A stretch of 64,000 nucleotides of DNA from Desulfomicrobium sp. (GCA_040768745.1 JAXGMI010000001.1:1024001-1088000); one strand, 5' to 3'. Positions 53,872 to 63,766 are shown, counted from the stretch's first letter. Notes: generated by a model not told the origin, from the sequence alone. Translations and numbers: made by a program.

Positions 53872-54234
53872 ATGTTCATGGTTCGTTGGATCGTTGCGAT
53901 CCTGGTTCTCGCCTTTGTGCAGGGATGCGTCATCGCGCCGGCCGCCCCGGATCGGCAGGGCCCACCGGCCCAAGCCCCGGCCCAGGGGTACAGGAGCCAG
54001 CACCGCTATTTCTATTACCCGGAAGCGAGCGTGTATTTCGATCTGGACCGCAGGGTATACTTTTATCTGGACAGCGGGTGGCGCAGTGCCATGGTTCTGC
54101 CGCAGCACCTGCAGATCCGCCTCGGGGCCCCGGTGACGTTGCAGATCGGCGACGCCATGCCCTACCGCTATTATGACGAACACAGGCACACGTACCCCCC
54201 GGGCCAGCCCAGGAAGAACACCAAGTGGCAATGA
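53872..54234 (+). CDS. Putative lipoprotein
   Basis: AGGAGG RBS, hydrophobic signal with VQGC lipobox, Tyr-rich YFYYP..VYFD. Confidence 0.7.
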   Translation: MFMVRWIVAILVLAFVQGCVIAPAAPDRQGPPAQAPAQGYRSQHRYFYYPEASVYFDLDRRVYFYLDSGWRSAMVLPQHLQIRLGAPVTLQIGDAMPYRYYDEHRHTYPPGQPRKNTKWQ

Positions 54235-54926
54235 GTCAGGCGGGGTGGAGACTGGTCGAGAGCGGGCCCGGATTCCTTGTGGTGCACAAGGCTCCGGGCC
54301 TTGATGTGCACGACCGCGGCCCGGAGCCGGGCCTGTGCACCCTGGTTCGGGAGGCCCTGGGCCGGCCCGTCTGGCCGGTGCATCGCCTGGACAAGGACAC
54401 CTCGGGCCTTCTGCTCCTGGCCGTGGAGCGGGAGGCGGCCGCGGACCTGGCCGCGCTGTTCCGGAATCGGATGGTGGAGAAATACTATGTGGCCCTGGCG
54501 GACCAGGCCCCGACCAGGAAACAGGGTCTGGTCCAGGGCGACATGGTCCGTTCCCGCCGCGGATCCTGGAAACTCACGCGCACCCTGTACAACCCGGCCC
54601 GGACCAGATTCATGAGCTGGTCCGTGAGGCCAGGGCTCCGCCTTTTCGTCCTCAAGCCCCTGACCGGCCGCACCCACCAGCTCCGCGTGGCCCTCAAGTC
54701 CCTGGGCGCGCCCATCCTGGGCGACGGGATCTACCACCCCCGGGTTCCGGACTGGCCGGACCGCATGTACCTGCACGCCCACACCCTGCGTTTCGACCTG
54801 AACGGCTGCATGTTCCGCTACAGCTGCCCTCCGGCCCAGGGCGTGCATTTTCTGGAACCGCGCGTGGCCGCCGCCCTGCATGCCCTGGGACCTCCGGAAG
54901 ACCTGCCCTGGCCCGGCAGAGGCTGA
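54231..54926 (+). CDS. RluA-family pseudouridine synthase
   Basis: HKAPG, HRLDKDTSG, TGRTHQLR, GDGIY, LHA. Confidence 0.9.
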   Translation: MSQAGWRLVESGPGFLVVHKAPGLDVHDRGPEPGLCTLVREALGRPVWPVHRLDKDTSGLLLLAVEREAAADLAALFRNRMVEKYYVALADQAPTRKQGLVQGDMVRSRRGSWKLTRTLYNPARTRFMSWSVRPGLRLFVLKPLTGRTHQLRVALKSLGAPILGDGIYHPRVPDWPDRMYLHAHTLRFDLNGCMFRYSCPPAQGVHFLEPRVAAALHALGPPEDLPWPGRG

Positions 54927-55055
54927 AGCCCCGGACACACCGCGCGGGGCGTCTTTTGGACCTTGACAAGTCCCCGATCGCGTGCGCTACCCCACGATGA
55001 CCGCCGCGCCCCCTTTCCCCGGTTCCGGGCCAACCTTTCACCCATCGATGCACGC

Positions 55056-57017
55056 ATGAACACAGCACACCCTCCCGAGATCCTCGCCCCGGCCGGGAAC
55101 GCAGACAGCTTCCTGGCCGCCGTGGCGGCAGGAGCCGACGCAGTCTATTGCGGGTTGAAGAATTTTTCGGCCCGCATGGAGGCCGAGAATTTCTCCCTGA
55201 CCGAACTGGCATCCCTGACCGAACTGGCCCACGCCAAGGGCACGCGGGTGCATGTGGCCGTCAACAACCTGCTCAAGACCCCGGAACTGGATCAGGCCGG
55301 CCGCCTCATCCAGCGCCTGGCCCGGCAGGTGCGCCCCGACGCCCTCATCGTCCAGGACCTCGGCCTGCCGGCCCTGGCCCGGCAGGCCGGGTTCACGGGG
55401 GAACTGCACCTCTCCACCCTGGCCAACGCCGGGACGGTCTCCGGATTGGAGCAGATCGCAGGTCTTGGCGTGAGCAGGGTGGTCCTCCCGCGCGAGCTGT
55501 CCATCGACGAGATCAAGGCCGTCGCGGCGCGGTGTCCCCAGGGTCTGACCCTGGAGGTCTTCGTGCACGGCGCCCTCTGCTACGCCGTGTCCGGACGATG
55601 CTACTGGTCCAGCTACCTGGGGGGCAAGAGCAGCCTGCGCGGGCGCTGCGTGCAGCCCTGCCGCCGCCAGTACCAGCAGAAGAACCAGAAGCTGCCCTTT
55701 TTCTCCTGCGACGACCTGTCCGTGGACGTGCTGGTCCGGCCCTTGGCCGGCATTGAACAGGTCACCTCCTGGAAGATCGAGGGCCGCAAGAAAGGTCCCC
55801 ACTACGTGTACCACACGGTCACGGCCTACCGCATGCTGCGCGACAGCGGCAACGACCCTGCCCAGCGCAAGACGGCCCTGGCCCTGCTGGACATGGCCCT
55901 GGGTCGGCCGTCCTCGCACTACAATTTCCTCGGGCACAGACCCTCCAACCCCATCGCGGACCGGGAGCAGACCGGCTCGGGCCGCCTGGTGGCCAAGGTC
56001 CAGGGCGGGGCCAAGGCCTATCTTTCCCCCCGCGAACCCCTCAAGGGTGGGGACCTCCTGCGCGTCGGCTACGAGGACCAGGCCGGGCACCAGATCGTGA
56101 AGATCCGGCGGGACGTGCCCAAGGGTGGCCGCCTGGATCTGCCCAAAGACCAGGGTCGGCCGCCGGCCACCGGGACCCCTGTCTTCCTGGTGGACCGCAG
56201 GGAGCGGGAGCTGCAGCAGATCCTGTCCGGACTGCGCCAGGAGTTGACCCCCGGGCCGCCGACCCGGGAGTCCACCTTCACCGCGGCCTTGCCCAGGGGA
56301 AAAAAGCACAAGGGCGCGCCCCGCGAAATGGATGTCTGGCGCGTGCTGCCCGGCAGGCTGGGGAACCAGAGCGAGCAGGCCGTGTGGCTTACACCCGGGG
56401 TGGAACGGAACATCTCCCGCACTGTTTTCGGACGCATCTGGTGGTGGCTGCCACCCGTGGTCTGGCCCGGGGAAGAGAAGGCCTGGGGGGAATGCCTGGA
56501 CACCATGACCCGTCTGGGCGCCCGACAGTTTGTCCTGAATGCCCCCTGGCAGATGGGGCTGTTCGCCCGGCCCGGGCGGAGCGTCTTTTGGGCCGGGCCC
56601 ATGTGTAACGCGTCCAACCCCTTGGCCCTGGCCGAACTGGCCGGCATGGGATTCGCCGGGGCTTTTGCCAGTCCGGAACTGGACGCCGGGGGCTTCCTGG
56701 AGCTTCCGGCCTCCTCGCCCCTGCCCCTCGGCGTCCTGGTCCGGGGCATCCACCCCCTGTGCGTGTCCCGCATTCGTTCCGAGAACCTGCGCGAGCGGGA
56801 GCCGTTCCAGAGCCCCAGGGGAGAGCAATTCTGGTCCAGGACCTATGGCCGCCTGGTGTGGACCTTTCCCAACTGGGAACTGGACCTGAGCGCCAAGTGG
56901 GCGGAACTGGAGAAGGCCGGGTATGCGCTGTTCGCCCGCCTGCACGAACCCGTGCCGGACAAGGTCGCACTCAAGGACCGCCCGGGGCTGTGGAACTGGG
57001 ATCTGAAAATGCTCTAG
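55056..57017 (+). CDS. U32-family protein (RlhA-like RNA hydroxylation)
   Basis: EILAPAG, GADAVY, HGALC..SGRC...RGRCVQPCR Fe-S motif, KIEGR. Confidence 0.85.
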   Translation: MNTAHPPEILAPAGNADSFLAAVAAGADAVYCGLKNFSARMEAENFSLTELASLTELAHAKGTRVHVAVNNLLKTPELDQAGRLIQRLARQVRPDALIVQDLGLPALARQAGFTGELHLSTLANAGTVSGLEQIAGLGVSRVVLPRELSIDEIKAVAARCPQGLTLEVFVHGALCYAVSGRCYWSSYLGGKSSLRGRCVQPCRRQYQQKNQKLPFFSCDDLSVDVLVRPLAGIEQVTSWKIEGRKKGPHYVYHTVTAYRMLRDSGNDPAQRKTALALLDMALGRPSSHYNFLGHRPSNPIADREQTGSGRLVAKVQGGAKAYLSPREPLKGGDLLRVGYEDQAGHQIVKIRRDVPKGGRLDLPKDQGRPPATGTPVFLVDRRERELQQILSGLRQELTPGPPTRESTFTAALPRGKKHKGAPREMDVWRVLPGRLGNQSEQAVWLTPGVERNISRTVFGRIWWWLPPVVWPGEEKAWGECLDTMTRLGARQFVLNAPWQMGLFARPGRSVFWAGPMCNASNPLALAELAGMGFAGAFASPELDAGGFLELPASSPLPLGVLVRGIHPLCVSRIRSENLREREPFQSPRGEQFWSRTYGRLVWTFPNWELDLSAKWAELEKAGYALFARLHEPVPDKVALKDRPGLWNWDLKML

Positions 57018-57337
57018 TCCCGGCTGCCCGTATCCATCCTGCAGGGCAATGGTCACGTCCTGGCCCCACGGGGCCGGCGTCCCCACATATCGGCTTGCCG
57101 CAGGGGCGAGGGGACGGCCCTGGCTGCTGAATGGACAACGCGGCCGGCGGCCTCCGACGAGCCTTGGGCGGGCCCGTCTCAGCCGCCAGCTGTTCGTGTC
57201 CATCATGCCGTGGAAATTCTGCCGAACCCGACGCACACGACTCTGCAGGCCGGAAATGAACAGGCGAGGATGCAGTCTGTCTGTGCGGTGTGCATCGATG
57301 AATTGAATCTACAAAGCATCAAGAATCCATGAAGTTC

Positions 57338-57367
57338 ATGTAAGACAAAAAAAATTATGTCTTACAT
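57338..57367. promoter_or_regulatory. Inverted-repeat operator upstream of comEA
   Basis: atgtaagaca-N10-tgtcttacat perfect inverted repeat in an AT-rich tract. Confidence 0.55.
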
Positions 57368-57437
57368 TATAAATTTCTTTGCATTTTAAAAAATATGTAT
57401 GCTATGCGGGCCATAAAATTCCTATAAGGAGGATTTC

Positions 57438-57728
57438 ATGATGGCTCGACTGATGAAACTGGTTGTTGTTCTGCTTGTGTGTGGTATTTTTTTCTGCGCT
57501 CCGGCATTCGCCCAGGACAAGGTCAACATCAACACCGCCTCGGTGGAGCAGTTGACGACCCTCCCGGGGATCGGACCGGCCATCGCGGCCAAGATCGTGG
57601 AGCATCGCGAGGGCCATGCCTTTGCCAACGTGGAACAGGTCCTGGATGTGAAGGGCATCGGGCAGGCCAAGTACAATGCCATCAAGGACCTGATCACGGT
57701 CGGGGAGCCGGCGGCCAAGAAGCAGTGA
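57438..57728 (+). CDS. comEA: ComEA-family helix-hairpin-helix DNA-binding protein
   Basis: Signal peptide, VNINTAS, LPGIGP, VKGIG; AAGGAGG RBS. Confidence 0.88.
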   Translation: MMARLMKLVVVLLVCGIFFCAPAFAQDKVNINTASVEQLTTLPGIGPAIAAKIVEHREGHAFANVEQVLDVKGIGQAKYNAIKDLITVGEPAAKKQ

Positions 57729-57928
57729 CCGTCCCGCTGGTTCATCCAGGCCCGGGTCTCCCGGGCCTGAGCCCGGGCAGAGGATGGGTGCGATGTGGCG
57801 CGAACTGACGACCGGCGGCCACCCCCCTTCCCGGATACATGCAGCATCGGCCCTTCCCACGGCGGGAGGGGCCGATTTATTTTTCCGTTCCCCTTGCATA
57901 TCGTTCAAAATATCTGTACGAAATCCCC

Positions 57929-58453
57929 ATGCTCTCGCAACTCTTCACCTCCAAGACGCGCATCCAATTGCTGCTCAAGCTGTTCCTCAACCCGGACGTG
58001 TCCTGCTACCTGCGCGAGCTGGCCACGGAATTCGGGGTTTCGCCCAACGCGGTGAAGGAAGAACTCGATAGCCTGACCCAGGCCGGGTACCTCGAAAAAA
58101 AGAAAAAGGGCCGCTCCCTGTTCTTCCGGGCCAACACCGGACATCCCATTTTTCCGGAACTGCACTCCATCGTCAAAAAGAGTCTGGGCATCGACCGGGT
58201 CATCGAACAGGTCCGCGAGGATCTGGGCGATGTGAATGCCGTCTATATTCTCGACGATTACGCCCTGGGCAAGGACTCGGGCCTCATCGACCTGCTCATC
58301 GTTGGCGAGGTCAAGGCCGATCGGCTGCGGGAGTATGTGCGCCTGACCGAAGGCAAGATCAGGCGCAAGCTGCGGGTCATGGTCGTCGGGGTGGAGGAGT
58401 TCGCGGGTTCGAAGCGGACTTTTCTGCAACGACCGCACTGGAAGGTGGTGTGA
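57929..58453 (+). CDS. Winged-HTH plus degenerate nucleotidyltransferase domain protein
   Basis: LFTSKTR..LL..F, YLRELA..F..SPNAV..EL; C-terminal DDYALGKDSGLIDL. Confidence 0.78.
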   Translation: MLSQLFTSKTRIQLLLKLFLNPDVSCYLRELATEFGVSPNAVKEELDSLTQAGYLEKKKKGRSLFFRANTGHPIFPELHSIVKKSLGIDRVIEQVREDLGDVNAVYILDDYALGKDSGLIDLLIVGEVKADRLREYVRLTEGKIRRKLRVMVVGVEEFAGSKRTFLQRPHWKVV

Positions 58454-58480
58454 TTGGTGATGCATCGGGGAGATGAAGGC

Positions 58481-58798
58481 ATGGATTGCGCAAAAGCTTC
58501 CGTGATTCAGGATGTCAGGAAGTATATCGCCGTTCTTCGAGAAAACGGAATTTCTGTGGATAAGGCTCTGCTATTTGGATCTTGGGCCAAAGGAACGGCA
58601 CGGGAAGAAAGCGATGTGGATGTAGCTTTGGTTTCCTCTTTTTTTACAGGTGACCGTTTCATGGACAGGCGCAAAATTGTTCCGCTTCGCAGAAAGATAA
58701 ACAATAATATCGAGCCAATTCCTTTCCGTCCGGAAGATTTCGCCGCAGGAGGGGTTCTTGTGGAAGAAATCAGAAAGTATGGAGAGGAAATTGTGTAA
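58481..58798 (+). CDS. Minimal nucleotidyltransferase (MNT), orphan
   Basis: LFGS-X10-DVD (GSWAKGTAREESDVD); visibly AT-richer than flanks. Confidence 0.85.
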   Translation: MDCAKASVIQDVRKYIAVLRENGISVDKALLFGSWAKGTAREESDVDVALVSSFFTGDRFMDRRKIVPLRRKINNNIEPIPFRPEDFAAGGVLVEEIRKYGEEIV

Positions 58799-58861
58799 GA
58801 GTGATGCGTATTTTGAGATCAAGACAAGGAAGAAGAGATGCAGCCAATTGACGTTACGTGG

Positions 58862-59956
58862 ATGAATACGCCCAAGATAGCCCTCATCACCGGCATCACC
58901 GGCCAGGACGGCGCCTATCTGGCCGAGTTCCTGCTGGCCAAGGGCTACGAGGTGCACGGCATCAAGCGCCGGGCCTCGCTCTTCAACACGGACCGCATCG
59001 ATCACCTCTACCAGGACCCCCACGAGAAGGGCCGCCGCTTCGTCCTGCATTACGGGGACCTGACCGACGCGTCCAACCTGATCCGCATCATCCAGCAGGT
59101 CCAGCCCGATGAGATCTACAACCTGGCGGCCCAGTCCCACGTGCAGGTGTCCTTCGAGACGCCGGAGTACACGGCCAACGTCGACGCCCTGGGCGCCCTG
59201 CGCATGCTGGAGGCCATCCGCATCCTGGGCCTGGAAAAAAGGACGCGCTTCTACCAGGCCTCCACGTCGGAGCTGTACGGCCTGGTGCAGGAGGTCCCCC
59301 AGACCGAGAAAACGCCCTTCTACCCTCGCTCTCCCTACGCCTGCGCCAAGCTCTACGCCTACTGGATCACGGTGAACTATCGCGAGGCCTACGGCATGTT
59401 CGCCTGCAACGGCATCCTCTTCAACCACGAGTCGCCGGTCCGCGGCGAGACCTTCGTCACCCGCAAGATCACCCGCGGCCTGGCCCGGATTCACCTCGGC
59501 CTGCAGGACTGCCTGTACCTGGGCAACCTGAACGCCCTGCGCGACTGGGGCCACGCCAGGGACTACGTGGAGATGCAGTGGCTCATGCTTCAGCAGGAGG
59601 AGCCCGATGACTACGTCATCGCCACGGGCGAGCAGCACTCGGTGCGCGAGTTCGTGCAGGCCGCGGCCGGCGAGCTGGGCATGACCGTCGAATTTTCAGG
59701 CCAGGGCGTGGATGAGAGGGGCGTCAATCCGGCCAACGGCAGGACCGTGGTGGCCGTGGACCCGCGCTATTTCCGCCCCACGGAGGTGGAGACCCTGCTG
59801 GGCGACCCGTCCAAGGGCAAGGAGAAGCTAGGGTGGAAGCCGAGGGTCACGTTTCGTGAACTGGTCGGTGAGATGGTTCGGGCTGATCTGGAAGAAGCGA
59901 AAAAGGAAGAGCTGTGCGTGCGGGCGGGGTTTTGCGTCAATACGCCGCAGGAATGA
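58862..59956 (+). CDS. gmd: GDP-mannose 4,6-dehydratase
   Basis: [38 protein letters not shown]. Confidence 0.97.
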   Translation: MNTPKIALITGITGQDGAYLAEFLLAKGYEVHGIKRRASLFNTDRIDHLYQDPHEKGRRFVLHYGDLTDASNLIRIIQQVQPDEIYNLAAQSHVQVSFETPEYTANVDALGALRMLEAIRILGLEKRTRFYQASTSELYGLVQEVPQTEKTPFYPRSPYACAKLYAYWITVNYREAYGMFACNGILFNHESPVRGETFVTRKITRGLARIHLGLQDCLYLGNLNALRDWGHARDYVEMQWLMLQQEEPDDYVIATGEQHSVREFVQAAAGELGMTVEFSGQGVDERGVNPANGRTVVAVDPRYFRPTEVETLLGDPSKGKEKLGWKPRVTFRELVGEMVRADLEEAKKEELCVRAGFCVNTPQE

Positions 59957-60094
59957 GGCGGTTGTTCAGTTCCCGTCTGCGTGGGATGCCGGCAACCACC
60001 GAGCGGATCGGGCAGCAAAATATGCGGCCAGTAAGGACGACTTAGTCTGTAGTTATCCTTGTCAGAAGGACAATTTTTGTAATAATTGTTTCTC

Positions 60095-61408
60095 ATGGAA
60101 AGTCAATTTCGACAAATCATACGCCAGAAAATAGCCGACTCCCTGGCGCTGCCTGTTCCCGCGTTGACGCGCAGGGATGTCTGGGTTCCTGGCGTTGCGG
60201 GCAAGGCGATTGCGGTCATCGGCATGAGGCGCGCCGGCAAGACGTGCATGCTGTGGCAGGAATTGGCTGACCGCCTGGCTGCGGGCGTCGCACGGTCCGC
60301 ATTGCTCTATTTCAGTTTCGAGGATGAACGTCTGGCCGGTATGCAGGCCAAGGATCTGGATCTCGTTGTCGAGGAATACTATCGCCAGCATCCGGAACAT
60401 CGTGGGCCCGCCAAGGCTGTTTTTTTTCTGGACGAAATTCAGCTTGTCCCTGGCTGGGAGACTTTTGTCCGCAGGATTCTGGACACGGAAAATGTCGATG
60501 TGTTTCTTTCCGGATCTTCCGCGCGCATGCTCTCGCGTGAAATTGCCAGCAGCATGCGCGGGCGGGCCATGGAAGCCCTTGTGCGCCCGTTTTCCTTTGT
60601 CGAAGCATTGCGTCACGCCGGCCAGGAGCCACCAGCGGCGGTCTGGCCCGACAAACGGTTGCGTTCGACTTTGGACAAGGCCCTTCTGACCTATCTTGAA
60701 AGCGGGGGATTTCCGGAAGCACAGGGACTGGACCAGCGCAGCCGGACGGAACTTATGCGCACGTATGTGGATGTGGTCCTTTTGCGTGATATCATCGAGC
60801 GCCATGATGTCTCTCACCCGCAGTGCCTGCGCTGGATGGTCAGGCATCTTCTCGGGAATCCGACGGGCGGTTTCAGCGTAAGCAAATTTCACAACGACCT
60901 GCGCTCCCAGGGCATGGCCATCGGCAAGGATAGACTGTACGCCTATCTGGAACATCTGGAAGATAGCTTCCTCCTGCGTTGCGTGCACCTGGCCACGGAC
61001 TCCATCCGACGCAGGCAGGTCAATCCCCGCAAGGTCTATCCTGTGGACACCGGACTGATCGCTCTTTTCAACCGCTCCGGCAAAGCCCAAATCGGTCACG
61101 CTTTGGAAACTGCGGCTCTTCACGAACTGGAGCGCAGGGGATGCGAGGTGGCGTATGTGAAAACGCAGAGCGGGTGGGAAGTGGATTTTCACGCGCGCAT
61201 GTCCGATGGGAAGGAGTATCTGGTTCAGGTCAGCGCCGATGTTGACGCTCCGGCGACCCTGGAGCGCGAGGTGCGCGCCTTGGTCGAAGCGGCGCAGGAC
61301 TTTCCGAACGCATCGTTGCAACTGGTGACATTGGCCCGGCCAGTGGGGCGCGCAAGTTTGCCGGACAACGTCGAAATGGTTGAAGCAAGTCAGTGGCTTC
61401 GGCCATGA
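60095..61408 (+). CDS. AAA_14 / DUF4143 ATPase
   Basis: GMRRAGKT Walker A, FLDEIQ, SGSS, GGFPE, KVYPVDTG, EVDF...QVS. Confidence 0.85.
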   Translation: MESQFRQIIRQKIADSLALPVPALTRRDVWVPGVAGKAIAVIGMRRAGKTCMLWQELADRLAAGVARSALLYFSFEDERLAGMQAKDLDLVVEEYYRQHPEHRGPAKAVFFLDEIQLVPGWETFVRRILDTENVDVFLSGSSARMLSREIASSMRGRAMEALVRPFSFVEALRHAGQEPPAAVWPDKRLRSTLDKALLTYLESGGFPEAQGLDQRSRTELMRTYVDVVLLRDIIERHDVSHPQCLRWMVRHLLGNPTGGFSVSKFHNDLRSQGMAIGKDRLYAYLEHLEDSFLLRCVHLATDSIRRRQVNPRKVYPVDTGLIALFNRSGKAQIGHALETAALHELERRGCEVAYVKTQSGWEVDFHARMSDGKEYLVQVSADVDAPATLEREVRALVEAAQDFPNASLQLVTLARPVGRASLPDNVEMVEASQWLRP

Positions 61409-61432
61409 GTTGTTGAGAAAAAAGAAGCGCAG

Positions 61433-62449
61433 ATGAACAACACAGACAAGATCCTCGTGGCCGGAGCGGCCGGCATGGTCGGCAGCGCCCTGGTCCGCGC
61501 CCTGTTGGCCCAGGGCTTCGAAAACATCGTCGGCACCACCCACCGCAAGGTGCCGGATTTCGGCCCCAAGGCCAGGGGCCGGGTGCGGCTGGAACGCCTG
61601 GACCTCATGGACCAGTCCGCAGTGCGCGCCTTCCTGGAGCAGGAGCGGCCCGACCCGGTTTTCCTGGCCGCGGCCAAGGTCGGCGGCATCCACGCCAACA
61701 ACACCTGTCCGGCGGACTTCATCCACGCCAACCTGGCCATGCAGACGAACGTCATCCACAGCGCCTATAAGTCCGGCGTGCAGCGTCTCCTGTTCCTGGG
61801 CTCCAGCTGCATCTATCCCCGTGATTGCCCGCAGCCCATGAAGGAGGAATACCTGCTGACCGGACCCCTGGAGGCCACGAACCGCCCCTACGCCGTGGCC
61901 AAGATCGCGGGCATCGAGATGTGCTGGGCCTACAACCGCCAGTACGGCACACGATATCTGGCGGTCATGCCCACGAATCTCTACGGCCCGGGCGACAACT
62001 ACGACCTGCACACCAGCCACGTCCTGCCCGCCCTGATCCGCAAGGCGCACGAGGCCAGGGTGCGGGGGGACTCGCATTTTGTGGTCTGGGGGACGGGCAC
62101 GCCGCGCCGCGAATTCCTGTTCAGCGACGACCTGGCCGGGGCCTGCGCATTCCTGATGACCGGGGCCGGGAAGACCGAGGCGCTGTTCAACGACCACGAA
62201 CCGCCCCTGGTCAACATCGGCTGCGGCGAGGACGTGACCATCGCCGAACTGGGGCGGATGGTGGCGGAGGTTGTGGGTTTTGAGGGCGGGATCGTGTTCG
62301 ATCCCGGCAAGCCCGATGGGACGCCGCAGAAGCTTCTCGATGTTTCGAGGATGAGGGGCATGGGCTGGCGGCCGAGCGTTGCGTTGCCGGAGGGGATCGG
62401 GTTGGCGTATGGGGATTATGTTGGGAAGTGGCTGCCGGAGTGTTCCTGA
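61433..62449 (+). CDS. fcl: GDP-L-fucose synthase
   Basis: GAAGMVG, AAKVGGI, LGSSCIYP, YAVAK, PTNLYG, SHVLPAL, WGTG.PRRE. Confidence 0.95.
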   Translation: MNNTDKILVAGAAGMVGSALVRALLAQGFENIVGTTHRKVPDFGPKARGRVRLERLDLMDQSAVRAFLEQERPDPVFLAAAKVGGIHANNTCPADFIHANLAMQTNVIHSAYKSGVQRLLFLGSSCIYPRDCPQPMKEEYLLTGPLEATNRPYAVAKIAGIEMCWAYNRQYGTRYLAVMPTNLYGPGDNYDLHTSHVLPALIRKAHEARVRGDSHFVVWGTGTPRREFLFSDDLAGACAFLMTGAGKTEALFNDHEPPLVNIGCGEDVTIAELGRMVAEVVGFEGGIVFDPGKPDGTPQKLLDVSRMRGMGWRPSVALPEGIGLAYGDYVGKWLPECS

Positions 62450-62847
62450 TGGAAACAGAGAGCATGGTGCACGCTATCAGGCAAACCCTGACCGATCCGG
62501 ATATCAGGTTGGCCATTCTGTTCGGCTCGCAGGCGTCCGGAAAAACCCATGCCGGTTCGGATGCCGACGTGGCCGTGGTGCTGGACGGCGAGATGTCTCC
62601 AACTCGCCGGGGAGAACTGAGCGCACGGTTGTCTGAGGCGCTGGGATGCGAGGTCGATGTCGCCGATCTGCGCGAAGCCCAGGGCGAGTTTCTGGCGCAG
62701 ATCGTCCTTGGCGGGGTGGTGGCGGTAAAGCGGGACACTTCCCTTCTGGCCGAACTCGCCATTCGGGCGCTGGGATACCGGGCAGACTTGCGGCCGATGG
62801 TGCTCCGGGCGCTCAAGGACAAGGTGGGGAGAAGCCTGCATGGATGA
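62449..62847 (+). CDS. MNT antitoxin (MntA-like)
   Basis: FGS-X10-DAD; TGATG coupling to fcl; overlaps the HEPN gene. Confidence 0.85.
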   Translation: METESMVHAIRQTLTDPDIRLAILFGSQASGKTHAGSDADVAVVLDGEMSPTRRGELSARLSEALGCEVDVADLREAQGEFLAQIVLGGVVAVKRDTSLLAELAIRALGYRADLRPMVLRALKDKVGRSLHG

Positions 62848-63271
62848 AATGCTCATTTTGCGGAAAATGGAATCCCTTGGCAGATGCGTGGACAGAATCC
62901 GCTCCAAGCGCGGCTTCACGCACGAAGAACTGCTTCGAAACCATGATCTGCAGGATATCTTGAGCGTCAATCTCCAACGCGCGGTGCAACTGAGTGTGGA
63001 CATCGCCTTACACATGCTCTCCGATCTCTCCGGAACGCTTCCGGACACGATGGGGGCGGCCTTCATCGCGCTACGAGAACACGGAGTCATTCCAGAGCGC
63101 ACGGCCAACGCCCTTCGCAGCAGCGTCGGGCTTCGCAATGTGGCCGTGCACGATTATGTCGCCGTGAATTGGCAGATCGTTCAGGATGTTGTTGACGGAC
63201 ATGTGGAAGTGTTCGCGGATTTCATGCGTGAAGTTGAGGGCTGGCTCGGTAGGCGCGGTGTGAGGAAGTGA
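62840..63271 (+). CDS. HEPN/DUF86 RNase toxin (HepT-like)
   Basis: RNVAVHDY (R-X4-H followed by Tyr), LQRAVQ..VD helix. Confidence 0.88.
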   Translation: MDEMLILRKMESLGRCVDRIRSKRGFTHEELLRNHDLQDILSVNLQRAVQLSVDIALHMLSDLSGTLPDTMGAAFIALREHGVIPERTANALRSSVGLRNVAVHDYVAVNWQIVQDVVDGHVEVFADFMREVEGWLGRRGVRK

Positions 63272-63291
63272 GCCCGGCGCGAGGAGGGGAC

Positions 63292-63597
63292 ATGCGTATC
63301 ACGGAAACAGAGCGTCGAGTGTTGCGCGACGAGGCACAAAAAGCTTTCGGGGCAGACTCCAAGGTTTTTCTTTTCGGTTCACGTGCGGATGACGCCCGGC
63401 GTGGCGGGGACATCGACCTGCTGGTGGAGACCGGCAAGACAGGGCACGACGCCATTTTCGAAGCCCAGCTCCGTTTTTTGGCCAGGGTCAAGTTGGCTCT
63501 TGGAGAACGAAAAATCGACGTGCTCGTGGACTACCCGGATCGCACGTGCCGTCCTGAAATTTTGCGTATCGCACGGGATCAGGGGATACAGCTGTGA
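63292..63597 (+). CDS. Minimal nucleotidyltransferase (MNT), orphan
   Basis: LFGSRADDARRGGDID, KIDV; GAGGAGG RBS. Confidence 0.85.
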   Translation: MRITETERRVLRDEAQKAFGADSKVFLFGSRADDARRGGDIDLLVETGKTGHDAIFEAQLRFLARVKLALGERKIDVLVDYPDRTCRPEILRIARDQGIQL

Positions 63598-63689
63598 TTT
63601 CGATGAACAGTGAAGTCAATCAATGAAAAAATGGACGGGATTGGTTTTTAAAATGAAAGAATCCTCAAAGGGAGACGTGGTCCCATGCT

Positions 63690-63766
63690 TGGGTTGGCGC
63701 CCAACCGTTGCGTTATCGGAGGGGATCGGGTTGGCGTATGGGGATTATCCGGAAAATTTCAGGTAA
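63690..63766 (+). pseudogene. Diverged duplicate of the fcl 3' end
   Basis: 63690-63748 matches 62361-62419 at 53/59 nt; reads GWRPTVALSEGIGLAYGDYPENFR-stop. Confidence 0.85.

Noticed and set aside
63623..63766. 47-aa ORF MKKWTGLVFK...YGDYPENFR as a real small gene
   Set aside because: Its 3' half is the fcl-tail remnant and its 5' half has no recognisable features; treated as a relic.
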